Assembly (NCBI GenBank): GCA_965225945.1
Contig: CBDDBZ010000034.1
Location: 160,001 to 224,000, forward strand
Reading direction: 5' to 3'
Source of the DNA: Alphaproteobacteria bacterium
GTDB taxonomy: Bacteria; Pseudomonadota; Alphaproteobacteria; GCA-2731375
Length of the DNA stretch: 64,000 bases
Below are positions 28,810 to 38,838 of this stretch, piece after piece. The notes beneath the pieces were generated by a model, which searched no databases, was not told the origin of the DNA, and was given only the letters and a program-made list of their open reading frames with translations. Position numbers and translations under genes: made by a program. Position 1 is the stretch's first letter. Every line of letters begins with the position of its first letter.

Positions 28810-29930
28810 CTTGCCTATCCGGTTAACGCCCATGACCGCTACATGTAGGGTGCCGCCACTCTCCCGAGTAAAGCTCGGCATAGGTTGGAGCAGAGGTGTC
28901 GCCCGCGATGCCGAGCAATGAGCGGAAGGCGTTGAACGGGTAGAACCGCCTGTTGAAGCGGAAGGTGAACTCGTTGAGGTAGGCTTGTAGGTGCTGGTGG
29001 CTAACGCCGTGGTGGATACCGATCAGCCACGTCTTCAGGTTGGCGAAAACCAGATGGATGATCGGCAGGTATTGCTCGGCAACCTCTGGATCACCACACT
29101 CGGCAACAGCGAAGTGCTCATAGCCGCGCTTACCGAGGCCAGCATAGCCGCTCCAATCGTCAGTAACGATCAGCGATCCCGGCGCGACGGTGCTCTCGAC
29201 GAACCCACAGAGCGACTCGGCGCTACGGTCGAGCACGACGGCGAGCCGAACGCGTCCGGCATAGCGTCCGTCTTTCCGGTTGTCGAGCTTGGTGCCCGGC
29301 TTTCGATGACGCACCTCGATGGCACAGGAGACGAGAACCTTGTGGTGAACACCACGGCCTTCCCCACGCGTTCGCCCGCCAACCCAGGTTTCGTCCACCT
29401 CAACATGGTTCTTGGGCTGTCCACCGATCCTGTCTTGGTTGGGCCGCACCATGCCCGAGCGGAGCTTGTGGAGAATTTGAAAGGCCGTCTCGTAGCGCGA
29501 AAGACCAAGTTGCCGCTGAAACTGCACGGCGGACATGCCGGGCGTCTGACTGGCGACCAGATAAGCGGCCCAGAACCAGACGTTCAGCGGAGTGTGGCTA
29601 CGCTCCATCACTGTTCCCACCGTCAGCCCGGTGTTCTGGCGGCACTTGCGGCAGCGCAGGACGCCAGGGCGGTTTTCAAAGTGGCACGGCTCCCCCGCCG
29701 TGCCGCAGTGCGGGCAGGCAAAGCCGTCTCCCCAGCGGGCTTTCTCCAGGTAGGCGGCGCAGGCCGCATCATCGGGGAAAAGTCGCTGGAACTCGGGTAC
29801 CCGTTCAACGCCTTCCGCTCATTGCTCGGCATCGCGGGCGACACCTCTGCTCCAACCTATGCCGAGCTTTACTCGGGAGAGTGGCGGCACCCTACATGTA
29901 GCGGTCATGGGCGTTAACCGGATAGGCAAG
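28810..29930 (-). mobile_element. IS1595-family derivative (1121 bp) with 133-bp perfect terminal inverted repeats and 8-bp target duplication
   Basis: 28810-28942 is the reverse complement of 29798-29930; direct repeat gattgtcc at 28802-28809 and 29931-29938. Confidence 0.92.
28823..29800 (-). pseudogene. IS1595-family transposase lacking its start
   Basis: PEFQRLFPDDAAC..CPHCG..RCRKC zinc ribbon, VEVDETWVGG, TDDW, HLQAYLNEFTFRFNRR; in-frame TGA just upstream and no start codon before the zinc ribbon. Confidence 0.88.
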
Positions 29931-30454
29931 GATTGTCCCTTGGGAAGAAGTTCTTCGCTTCGCTTCACGCGTACTTCCCCACATTCTCGAAACGGCGAAA
30001 GTGCGGCCCCGGGGCGGCTTGCCGCGCGGGGGCCGAACCGCGTCCCGTCGCCGACCATGTAATGTCAAGTCGGCGACGCGGCTCGACTTGGATTGCGAAA
30101 AGGATTCGCCGCCGCCCTACATAGTCACCACCTCGTTGTCGGTCCCTACACTTGCCCTAGACTGACCGATCGGCGCTTGCCAACTCGAATTCTGTACACA
30201 GGCGCCGGCTCGTGTTCACGAATTCTTAACGATTGCCGATGGTTAACCAATCTCCGCCGACGTGGGATCGATCGGATCGAAAAATCGATTAAAAAACAAA
30301 GCGTTGGCGAAATGCCCAAGGATTGGGCAAGGAGAAGAAATCGGCGGAAAACTGCGTTCCGCGCTCTCCGGCGGCGGACTTACCCAGAGAGTTTTCCACA
30401 ACCGACGTGGATAGCCGGCGGGCGCCCGTTGACGGCGGGCCGCAGGAGGCCAAA

Positions 30455-32434
30455 ATGAGCGCCATGACAAAGGCGGACAAACCCGAGACGGCCCCCGGCG
30501 GTCTGCCGGGCGACGCCGCGCCTCCGGCCGCCGCCGTCGGTGGCGCCATGGCCGCGCTCGACCAGGGACGGGCGACGATCCGCGAGGCGCTGCGCACCAT
30601 GACCGGCGCGCCCGGCGTTTACCGCATGCTCGACGACGCGGGCGACGTGCTCTACGTCGGCAAGGCCAAGAGCCTCAAACGCCGCCTCGCCAGCTATGCC
30701 AATCCGGGCGGACTCTCGACCCGCAGCCTGAAGATGATCAGCCTGACCCGCGCCCTCGAGGTGATCACCACCCACACCGAGGTCGAGGCGCTGCTGCTCG
30801 AATCGAACCTCATCAAGCGGCTCCGGCCGCGCTACAACATCCTGCTCCGGGACGACAAGTCGTTTCCCTATATCCTGATCACCGGCGATCACGACTGGGC
30901 CCGCATCACCAAGCATCGCGGCGCCCGCAAGCGGGCGGGGGAATATTTCGGTCCCTTCGCCTCGGCCGGCGCCGTCAATCGGACCCTCAACACCTTGCAG
31001 AAGGCGTTCCCGCTCCGCTCCTGCAGCGACAGCACCTTCGAGAACCGCACCCGGCCCTGCCTGCAGTATCAGATCAAACGTTGCGTCGGCCCCTGCGTCG
31101 GCCGCGTCGGCCGGGAGGAATACGACCGCCTGGTGAGCGAGACCCGGGATTTCCTCGCCGGACGCAGCCAAGAGGTGCAGCGGGCGCTCTCGGAACGCAT
31201 GGCGGCGGCGAGCGAGGCGTTGGCGTTCGAACGGGCGGCGGGCTTGCGCGATCGCCTTCGAGCCTTGGCGCACATCCAGTCGCACCAGGGGATCAACGTC
31301 GCCACCGTCGACGAGGCGGACGTGATCGCCGTCGCCGCCGAGGGCGGGCAGACCTGCATCCAGGTGTTCTTCTTCCGCTCCGGCCAGAACTGGGGCAACC
31401 GGGCCTATTTCCCGAGTCATGGTCGCGAGCAGGAACCCGAGGAGGTCCTGCAGGCCTTTCTCGGGCAGTTCTACGAGGACAAGCCGCCCCCGAGGGAAGT
31501 TCTGATCGATCGCGAGATCGAGGGAAGGGAGCTCTTGGCCGAGGCGCTCTCGGTCCGGGCGGGGCGGCGCGTCCGGGTGCACCCACCGCAGCGCGGCGCC
31601 AAGCGCGAACTGGTGTCGAGCGCCCGGGCCAACGCCCAGGAGGCGCTGGCCCGCCGGCTCTCGGAAAGCGCCTCGCAGCGCCGGGTGCTGGAGGGGCTGA
31701 GCGAACTGCTGGGATTGGAGGCGACGCCGAGCCGGATCGAGATTTACGACAACAGCCACACCCAGGGACGCGCCGCCGTCGGCGGCATGGTCGTGGCCGG
31801 ACCGGAGGGCTTCCTCAAATCGTCGTACCGCAAGTTCACGATCAAGGGCTCAGGCCTGACGCCGGGCGACGACTACGCGATGATGCGCCAGGTGCTGACG
31901 CGGCGCTTTTCGCACCTGTTGAAGGCGGAGAGTGGCGAGGACGACGACGGCGAGGCGACGGAATCGCGCCGGATCTCGGGCGAGCGGCCGGATCTGGTGC
32001 TGATCGACGGCGGCCCCGGCCATCTCGCCGCCGCGCGCGAGACCATGGCCGACCTCGGCCTCGAGGAGATCCCGCTCGCCGCGATCGCCAAGGGCGAGGA
32101 GCGGAACGCCGGGCGGGAGCGGATCTACCTGGCCGACCGCGCGCCCATCCTGCCGCGGGAGCGCAGCCCGGTGCTCTACTATCTGCAGCGGCTCCGCGAC
32201 GAGGCCCACCGCTTCGCCATCGGCACCCACCGGGCGCGGCGCGGCAAGGCCATGGTACGCTCGGCGCTGGACGAGATCGCCGGCGTCGGGCCCCGGCGCA
32301 AGCGGGCGCTGTTGAACCATTTCGGTTCCTCCCGCGCGGTGGCGGCGGCGGCGCTCTCGGACCTGGAGACGGTAGCCGGCGTGAGCGGCACGGTGGCACG
32401 GCGGATTTACGATTTTTTTCACCCCGATGCGTAG
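30455..32434 (+). CDS. uvrC: Excinuclease ABC subunit C
   Basis: PGVYRM..LYVGKAKSL, RDDKSFPYI, IEIYDNSH, GDDYAMM, RDEAHRFAI, C-terminal HhH. Confidence 0.98.
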   Translation: MSAMTKADKPETAPGGLPGDAAPPAAAVGGAMAALDQGRATIREALRTMTGAPGVYRMLDDAGDVLYVGKAKSLKRRLASYANPGGLSTRSLKMISLTRALEVITTHTEVEALLLESNLIKRLRPRYNILLRDDKSFPYILITGDHDWARITKHRGARKRAGEYFGPFASAGAVNRTLNTLQKAFPLRSCSDSTFENRTRPCLQYQIKRCVGPCVGRVGREEYDRLVSETRDFLAGRSQEVQRALSERMAAASEALAFERAAGLRDRLRALAHIQSHQGINVATVDEADVIAVAAEGGQTCIQVFFFRSGQNWGNRAYFPSHGREQEPEEVLQAFLGQFYEDKPPPREVLIDREIEGRELLAEALSVRAGRRVRVHPPQRGAKRELVSSARANAQEALARRLSESASQRRVLEGLSELLGLEATPSRIEIYDNSHTQGRAAVGGMVVAGPEGFLKSSYRKFTIKGSGLTPGDDYAMMRQVLTRRFSHLLKAESGEDDDGEATESRRISGERPDLVLIDGGPGHLAAARETMADLGLEEIPLAAIAKGEERNAGRERIYLADRAPILPRERSPVLYYLQRLRDEAHRFAIGTHRARRGKAMVRSALDEIAGVGPRRKRALLNHFGSSRAVAAAALSDLETVAGVSGTVARRIYDFFHPDA

Positions 32435-32524
32435 CGCCACGCAGCCTCACGCCCCTCGGCGGTTTAGCGCGTGTCGCGCGGACCGCGCGATGTTATATTT
32501 CATCGACTCGATATCGGCCGGATC

Positions 32525-33139
32525 ATGATCACCAGCCTGCCAAACCTGCTGACGCTGTCGCGAATTGTGGCGATTCCGACGATGCTCGGCGCCTTTCTGC
32601 TCGAGCCGCCGCTGGCCAACTGGATCGTGCTGGCGATCTTCGTCGCCGCCGCGTTGACCGATTGGCTCGACGGTTATATGGCGCGGGCTCGCGACGAAGT
32701 GAGCGGCCTCGGCCGCTTCCTCGACCCGGTCGCCGACAAGCTGCTGGTCGCCGCCACGCTGATGATGCTGGTCTACGTCGATCAGATCCGCGGCCTCACG
32801 ATCCTGCCGGCGCTGGTCATCCTCTGCCGCGAGATCATGGTCTCGGGACTGCGCGAGTTTCTGGCCGAGATCAGCGTCAGGGTGCCGGTCAGCCGCCTCG
32901 CCAAGTGGAAGACCATGGTGCAGATGGTGGCGATCGGCTTCCTGATCGTCGGTGACGCCGGTTGGGAGGTCCTGCCGGTGATGTCGATCGGCGTCATCGG
33001 TCTGTGGGTCGCGGCCATCGTGACGATCCATACCGGCTACGACTATCTGAAGGCGGGACTCGCGCACATGACCGCCGAGACGTCGGAAAAGCCGTCCGAG
33101 ACTCGCGCCGCGTCCGAACGCACGAGGCGGGTGTCGTGA
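32525..33139 (+). CDS. pgsA: CDP-diacylglycerol--glycerol-3-phosphate 3-phosphatidyltransferase
   Basis: PNLLTLSRI, TDWLDGYMAR, GRFLDPVADKLLV; follows uvrC. Confidence 0.95.
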   Translation: MITSLPNLLTLSRIVAIPTMLGAFLLEPPLANWIVLAIFVAAALTDWLDGYMARARDEVSGLGRFLDPVADKLLVAATLMMLVYVDQIRGLTILPALVILCREIMVSGLREFLAEISVRVPVSRLAKWKTMVQMVAIGFLIVGDAGWEVLPVMSIGVIGLWVAAIVTIHTGYDYLKAGLAHMTAETSEKPSETRAASERTRRVS

Positions 33140-33645
33140 AGGTGCTCGGCATCGCCGGTTGGAGCGGCGCCGGCAAGACCACGCTGGTGGTCCGCCTGCT
33201 GCCGGCGTTGGCCGCGCGGGGACTGGTCGTCTCCACCGTGAAGCACGCCCATCACGACTTCGATATCGACCAGCCGGGCAAGGATTCCCACCGTCACCGC
33301 GAGGCCGGCGCGGCCGAGGTGCTGGTCTCCTCGGCTCGGCGCATGGCGCTCATGCGCGAACACGGGAACGCGCCGGAGCCGACCTTGGAGGAGCTGCTGG
33401 AGCGCCTCGCGCCGGTCGATCTCGCCCTGGTCGAAGGCTTCAAGCACGGCGACCACGACAAGCTGGAGGTGCATCGCCCGGCCCTCGGCGAACCGCTGCT
33501 GGCGCGGGACGATGTCTCGGTCGTCGCGGTGGTTTCGGACGCGGCCGTCCCCGGGCTCGCCGTGCCGTGCCTCGCGCTCGACGATGTGGACGCGATCGCC
33601 GACTTCGTGCTCGCCCGCTACTGGCCCGAAAGCCGGGTGGCATGA
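33136..33645 (+). CDS. mobB: Molybdopterin-guanine dinucleotide biosynthesis protein B
   Basis: GWSGAGKTT, KHAHHDFDID.PGKDS, VEGFK. Confidence 0.94.
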   Translation: MKVLGIAGWSGAGKTTLVVRLLPALAARGLVVSTVKHAHHDFDIDQPGKDSHRHREAGAAEVLVSSARRMALMREHGNAPEPTLEELLERLAPVDLALVEGFKHGDHDKLEVHRPALGEPLLARDDVSVVAVVSDAAVPGLAVPCLALDDVDAIADFVLARYWPESRVA

Positions 33646-34898
33646 CCCAGCTCAGCGACGATTGCTTCGCCTTCGGCGGCAAGCTGATGCCCCTCGCCGA
33701 GGCCCTGGAGATCCTCGAATCGCGGGTCGAGGCGGTGGCCGAGGTGGAGACGGTATCGCTCGGCCAGTCGCTCGGCCGGGTTCTGGCGGCGGACGTGGCG
33801 GCCGCCGTCGCCTCGCCGCCACACGACAACGTCGCGGTCGACGGCTACGCGCTCCGCTTCGCCGACCTGGCGGCAGACGGCGAGACGCGGCTCCGGCTCG
33901 CTGGGCGCGCCGCCGCCGGCCATCCCGTCACCGGCCGGCTCGATCCGGGCACCGCCGTCCGCGTCTTCACCGGCGCGGTGTTGCCGAACGGCGCCGACAC
34001 CGTGGTGATGCAGGAGGACGTGCGGCGGGAAGGCGAGGCCGTGATCGTGCCGGCGGGTCTGAAGCCGGGGGCCAATCGGCGCCTCACCGGCGAGGACGTC
34101 GAGCGGGACGCCATCGCGCTCGAACACGGCCGCCGTCTGCGCCCGCAGGAAATCGCCCTGGCGGCGGCGATCGGTCGGGACCGGCTGCCGGTTCACCGCC
34201 GGCTCCGCGTCGGCGTCTTCTCGACCGGCGACGAGATCCGGGAGCCGGGAACGGCGCTGCCGGCGGGCGCGGTTTACGACGCCAACCGACACATGGTGAT
34301 GGCGCTGGCGGCGCAACTGCCGGTCGAGGTCGAGGATCTGGGTATCCTCGCCGACGACCGGGTGTTGCTCACCCGACGCCTCGCCGAGGCGGCGGCGGGG
34401 CTCGACGTGCTGATCACCTCGGGCGGGATTTCGACCGGCGAGGAGGACCATGTCCGCGCCGCCGTCGAGGCCTCGGGCGCGCTCCACTTCTGGCGCATCG
34501 CTATCAAGCCGGGTCGGCCGCTGGCGTTGGGCACCCTCGCCGGGGCTGCCTTCGTCGGCCTTCCCGGCAATCCGGTCGCGGCGATGGTCTGTTTCCTGCG
34601 CTTCGCCCGCCCGTTGATCCTGAAGCTCGCCGGCGTTGCCGATCTGGCGCCGGTGATGTTCCGCGTCGCCATCGATTTCGAGCACCGCAAGAAGGCCGAC
34701 CGCCGGGAATGGGTTCGCGCCCACCTGACCCGGGGCGAGGACGGCGCGCCGCGCGCGGCCAAGTTCGCCCGCCAAGGCTCCGGCATCATTTCCTCCCTCG
34801 TCGGCTCCGACGGGCTGGTGGAAATCTCCGAGGAGGTGACCCACCTCCGCAAGGGTGCGATGGTCGATTTCCTGCCCTTCGCGGAGGTGATGCGTTGA
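33642..34898 (+). CDS. moeA: Molybdopterin molybdotransferase
   Basis: AVDGYA, FTGA, VMQED, STGDE, IKPGRP, GLPGNPV. Confidence 0.95.
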   Translation: MTQLSDDCFAFGGKLMPLAEALEILESRVEAVAEVETVSLGQSLGRVLAADVAAAVASPPHDNVAVDGYALRFADLAADGETRLRLAGRAAAGHPVTGRLDPGTAVRVFTGAVLPNGADTVVMQEDVRREGEAVIVPAGLKPGANRRLTGEDVERDAIALEHGRRLRPQEIALAAAIGRDRLPVHRRLRVGVFSTGDEIREPGTALPAGAVYDANRHMVMALAAQLPVEVEDLGILADDRVLLTRRLAEAAAGLDVLITSGGISTGEEDHVRAAVEASGALHFWRIAIKPGRPLALGTLAGAAFVGLPGNPVAAMVCFLRFARPLILKLAGVADLAPVMFRVAIDFEHRKKADRREWVRAHLTRGEDGAPRAAKFARQGSGIISSLVGSDGLVEISEEVTHLRKGAMVDFLPFAEVMR

Positions 34899-35146
34899 AA
34901 GTGCTCTATTTCGCCTGGCTTCGGGAACGGGTCGGCGCCGCCGAGGAAACGGTGACGCCGCCCGACGAGGTGGAGACGGTGGCCGATCTCGTCGAATGGC
35001 TGAAGCGGCGCTCGGGCGGCCACGCGGAGGCGCTGGGCGACCCGCGCGTGATCCGCTGCGCCGTCGACCAGGACCATGCGCAATTCGCCGACAGCGTCCG
35101 GGGTGCCGGCGAAGTCGCCTTCTTTCCCCCGGTGACGGGGGGTTGA
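34895..35146 (+). CDS. moaD: Molybdopterin synthase sulfur carrier subunit
   Basis: LYFAWLRE ... EVAFFPPVTGG C-terminus; TTG start overlapping moeA stop. Confidence 0.93.
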   Translation: MKVLYFAWLRERVGAAEETVTPPDEVETVADLVEWLKRRSGGHAEALGDPRVIRCAVDQDHAQFADSVRGAGEVAFFPPVTGG

Positions 35147-35147
35147 G

Positions 35148-35612
35148 GTGATCATTCGGGTCCAGGAAGCGGACTTCGACGTCGGTCTCGAACTGGCGGC
35201 GATGACCCGCGGCCGGCATGGGGTCGGTGGCCTCGCCTCCTTCGTCGGCCTGGTCCGCGACAGCGCCGAGGGCAGCGCGGTCTCGGCCATGACGCTCGAG
35301 CACTACCCCGGCATGACCGAGCGCGAGTTGGGCCGAATCGCCGAGGAGGCCAAGACGCGCTGGGCGCTCGACGACGTCCTGATCATCCATCGCCACGGCC
35401 GGCTGGAGCCGGGCGAGCGGATCGTCCTCTGCGCCGCCAGCGCCGCCCACCGCCAGGCCGCGTTCGAGGCCTGCATGTTCCTGGTCGACTGGCTGAAAAC
35501 CAAGGCGCCCTTCTGGAAACTGGAGGCGAGCGGTGGCGACGCGCGCTGGCTCAAGGGGCGGGAGAGCGACGACGCGGCCGCCAGGCGCTGGCAACCGGCC
35601 GAGGGCGGCTGA
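35148..35612 (+). CDS. moaE: Molybdopterin synthase catalytic subunit
   Basis: FVGLVR, LEHYPGM, HRHG, LKTKAPFWKLE. Confidence 0.95.
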   Translation: MIIRVQEADFDVGLELAAMTRGRHGVGGLASFVGLVRDSAEGSAVSAMTLEHYPGMTERELGRIAEEAKTRWALDDVLIIHRHGRLEPGERIVLCAASAAHRQAAFEACMFLVDWLKTKAPFWKLEASGGDARWLKGRESDDAAARRWQPAEGG

Positions 35613-35655
35613 ACGGCCATTCATTCGAGGTCACGGTTCGCGAGGGGGGAGGGCG

Positions 35656-36447
35656 ATGGCTCGTGCGGCGTTCGATCTGACGGGGAAGGTGGCCTTGATC
35701 ACCGGCGGCAACGGCGGCATCGGCCTGGCCATGGCCGAGGCGATCGCGCGGGCCGGCGGCGACGTCTGCGTCTGGGGCACCAACGCGGAGAAGAACGCCG
35801 CCGCCGAGGCGGCCTTGGCGGCGCACGGCACCAAGGTCGCGGCGCTTCGTTGCGACGTTTCGGACGAGGCCCAGGTCGAGGCCCGCTTCGCCGAGACGCT
35901 TGCGCGCTTCGGCCGGGTCGACGGCTGCTTCGCCAACGCAGGTGTCAGCGGCCGGGCCGGCATCAGCACCGGGCGCGCGCCGGCCTTCCACGAGATGGCG
36001 ACCGACGACTGGCGCCGGGTGCTTGGCGTCAACCTGGACGGCACCTTCTTCACCTTCCGCGCCGCCAGCCGGCACATGGTGGAACGCGGCGACGGCGGCC
36101 GCTTGGTCGGCACCGCCAGTTTGGCTGCGATTTCCGGCCAGGCCCGGGGCCAGCACTACGCCGCGACCAAGGGGGCGATGGTGGCGATGGTCTATGCGCT
36201 GGCGGTTGAGCTCGCGCGCCATGGCGTGACCGCCAACGTGATCCTGCCCGGCTGGATCGAGACCTCGATGACCGAGCGAACCTTCGCCTGGGACAAGTTC
36301 TCGGCCGCCGTGATGCCGCGCATCCCCGCGCGGCGCTGGGGCCGAGGAGACGACTTCGCCGGCATCGCGGTCTATCTGATGTCGGACGCCAGCGCCTATC
36401 ATTCGGGCGACACCTTCATCATCGACGGCGGCTACTTCCGCTTCTGA
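35656..36447 (+). CDS. Short-chain dehydrogenase/reductase
   Basis: TGGNGGIG, ANAG, YAATK, PGWIET, IDGG. Confidence 0.93.
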   Translation: MARAAFDLTGKVALITGGNGGIGLAMAEAIARAGGDVCVWGTNAEKNAAAEAALAAHGTKVAALRCDVSDEAQVEARFAETLARFGRVDGCFANAGVSGRAGISTGRAPAFHEMATDDWRRVLGVNLDGTFFTFRAASRHMVERGDGGRLVGTASLAAISGQARGQHYAATKGAMVAMVYALAVELARHGVTANVILPGWIETSMTERTFAWDKFSAAVMPRIPARRWGRGDDFAGIAVYLMSDASAYHSGDTFIIDGGYFRF

Positions 36448-36473
36448 GGCCGCGAGCCGAGGAAAGGGGCGCC

Positions 36474-37475
36474 ATGCGACCGGTCCGCTGGGGTATCATT
36501 TCGACCGCGATGATCGCCCGCGAACGCATGATTCCGGCGATGCACGGGAACCCCCATTGCGAGATCGTCGCGGTTGCGAGCCGAGACGGCGAGCGCGCCC
36601 GCGCCTTCGCCGCGGCGCACGGCATTCCGCGCCACCACGCCTCCTACGAGGCGCTGCTGGCGGACGGCCGAGTCGAGGCGGTCTACATCCCGCTGCCGAA
36701 CCACCTGCATCTGAAATGGACCCGGCGCGCCGCCGAGGCGGGCAAGCACGTGCTGTGCGAAAAGCCGCTCACCATCACCGTCGCCGAGGCCGAGGAGATG
36801 ATCCGCGTCCGCGACGCCACCGGCGTCGTGATCGAGGAGGCTTTCATGTGCCGCGACCACCCGCAATGGCACGAGACCCGGCGCCTGCTGGCCGAGGGCC
36901 GGATCGGCGCGCCCCGCGCCCTGCAGGCCTGCTTCACCTACATGAACCGCGATGCGGACGACATTCGCAACGATCCCAGAAGCGGTGGCGGGGGCTTGCG
37001 CGACATCGGCAGCTACCTCATCGCCATGGCCAGACTGGTGTTCGGCGCGGAGCCGAGGCGGGTGATGGCGGCGCTGGAACACGACCCGGCGTTCGCCACC
37101 GACCGTCTGGCGGCGATGATCCTGGAGTTTCCGAACGGCCTCGCCACTCTCTTCTGCGCCACCCAGGTACAGCGTTATGAGCGGCTGCACATCTTCGGCG
37201 AGGCGGGCTGGATGGCGCTCGAGGCGCCCTACGTCCAGCCGCCCGACCACGTCTGCCGAATCTTGATCGGCCAGGGCCCCTACCCTTCGATCGAGCCGAC
37301 CGAGGTGATCGAAATCCCGCCGGCCAACCACTATGCGCTGATGGCGGAGCGTTTCGGCCGACTGGTCCGGGGCGAAGACGTGCCCCACTGGCCGCTGGAG
37401 ACGGCGCGCGACAACATGGCGGTGATCGAGGCGCTGCTCCGCTCCGCCGCCGAGGACCGCTGGGTGGCGCTCTGA
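36474..37475 (+). CDS. Gfo/Idh/MocA family oxidoreductase
   Basis: WGIISTA, YIPLPNHLH, GKHVLCEKP, GGGGLRDIG. Confidence 0.93.
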   Translation: MRPVRWGIISTAMIARERMIPAMHGNPHCEIVAVASRDGERARAFAAAHGIPRHHASYEALLADGRVEAVYIPLPNHLHLKWTRRAAEAGKHVLCEKPLTITVAEAEEMIRVRDATGVVIEEAFMCRDHPQWHETRRLLAEGRIGAPRALQACFTYMNRDADDIRNDPRSGGGGLRDIGSYLIAMARLVFGAEPRRVMAALEHDPAFATDRLAAMILEFPNGLATLFCATQVQRYERLHIFGEAGWMALEAPYVQPPDHVCRILIGQGPYPSIEPTEVIEIPPANHYALMAERFGRLVRGEDVPHWPLETARDNMAVIEALLRSAAEDRWVAL

Positions 37476-37641
37476 AGCGGTGGCGTGGCGCGCCCGATTT
37501 TCATGGCCTGGCCGGCGCCCGATCACCATGTGCGGTCGAGCGAGGCATCAGGCGCCAAATTGCCACCAAACGCCCAGATGGCTACGCTGATGCTCTGAAC
37601 CCATCCTACCTGGGGAGTGTCGGGTAGAGGAGCGCTATCCA

Positions 37642-38496
37642 ATGCCGCAAATCCGGCCCCTGGGCCTGCACACCGGCGGCGAGATCACTGACGTCGACGT
37701 GAAGCGACTCGACGAGGAAAGCTTCGCGCCGATCTACCAGGCCTGGCTGAAATACGGCGTCGTCGTGGTGCGCGATCAACAGCTCGAGATCGAGGATTTT
37801 CTTCGCTACAGCCGGCGCTTCGGCCGCGTCGTCCCGCATCCCTCCAAGTCCACCCGGCATCCCGACCATCCGGAGATCACCTTGCTGGGCACCGACAAAT
37901 TCGCTCCCGACGGCACGCTGAACGAAGCGATCTACCGACGCGGCGCCGCGGGCTGGCACACCGATGGCGCCTATGACGAGGTGCCGTTCAAGGCCACGCA
38001 GCTCTACGCGCTTGCGGTGCCGAGCAGCGGCGGCAATACGCACTTCGCCAACATGTACCTGGCCCATGACGCCCTGCCGGACCGCCTGAGGCAGCTCCTG
38101 GAGGGACGCGACGGCGCCTTCACCTACGGCGGCCGCGAGGGCTCGAAGTCGCTGCTGAACGAGGAGGACCGCGACCGGCCGCCGGCGTTCCACCCGATCA
38201 TCCGGGTTCACTCGGAAACCGGACGAAAGTCGCTGTATTTCGATCCCGGCAAGATCCTCCACATCGTTGGCCTCGAGCAGCGGCAGAGCGACGACGTGAT
38301 CGAGGAACTCAGCGCGAGGATGATCCAGCCGGAGGGCGAATATAGCCATGCGTGGCGGGTCGGCGACATCGTGATCTGGGACAACCGCTGCATGGTGCAC
38401 AAGGCGGCCGGCGACTATCCCCCGGAGCAAGACCGCATCCACTGGCGCGCCTCGATCAAGGAACCGACGCCCGAGAGCCGCGCGGCGGCGGAGTGA
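37642..38496 (+). CDS. TauD/TfdA-family dioxygenase
   Basis: WHTDGAY, HPIIRVH, WDNRCMVHKA. Confidence 0.92.
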   Translation: MPQIRPLGLHTGGEITDVDVKRLDEESFAPIYQAWLKYGVVVVRDQQLEIEDFLRYSRRFGRVVPHPSKSTRHPDHPEITLLGTDKFAPDGTLNEAIYRRGAAGWHTDGAYDEVPFKATQLYALAVPSSGGNTHFANMYLAHDALPDRLRQLLEGRDGAFTYGGREGSKSLLNEEDRDRPPAFHPIIRVHSETGRKSLYFDPGKILHIVGLEQRQSDDVIEELSARMIQPEGEYSHAWRVGDIVIWDNRCMVHKAAGDYPPEQDRIHWRASIKEPTPESRAAAE

Positions 38497-38838
38497 AGCG
38501 CCGCGGCGATCGGAGTTCGCCCAGCGGAAGCCGGGCGAGACGCCGATATCGGCGGCCTCGACAGCCGTCGACTGCTTTCGCTGGTTGTTCGCGATCGTAT
38601 TTGCGGTAGCACGAGGGTACCTGGATTCATGCCCGAACCACACCCGGCTTCGGACATTATATTAGTAAGTTCTTACCGGTGATTTATGACCCTGGCTGTG
38701 TGAAAACACTGGAAACCGACGATCATACGCAACTAAAGAATCCGAATTGCGGCCGTCGCGAATCTTTCATGCGAGAATGGGGTTGGGATTGAACTGATCG
38801 TGCTGTATCGCACCCGGTTCCTTGGACACAAGTTTGTC

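Noticed and set aside
28991-29917. 308-aa plus-strand ORF ending in transposase C-terminal residues
   Set aside because: By-product of the inverted duplication joined to the antisense frame
30226-30247. CtrA binding site
   Set aside because: The two TTAA half-sites are 13 bp apart, not the canonical 7
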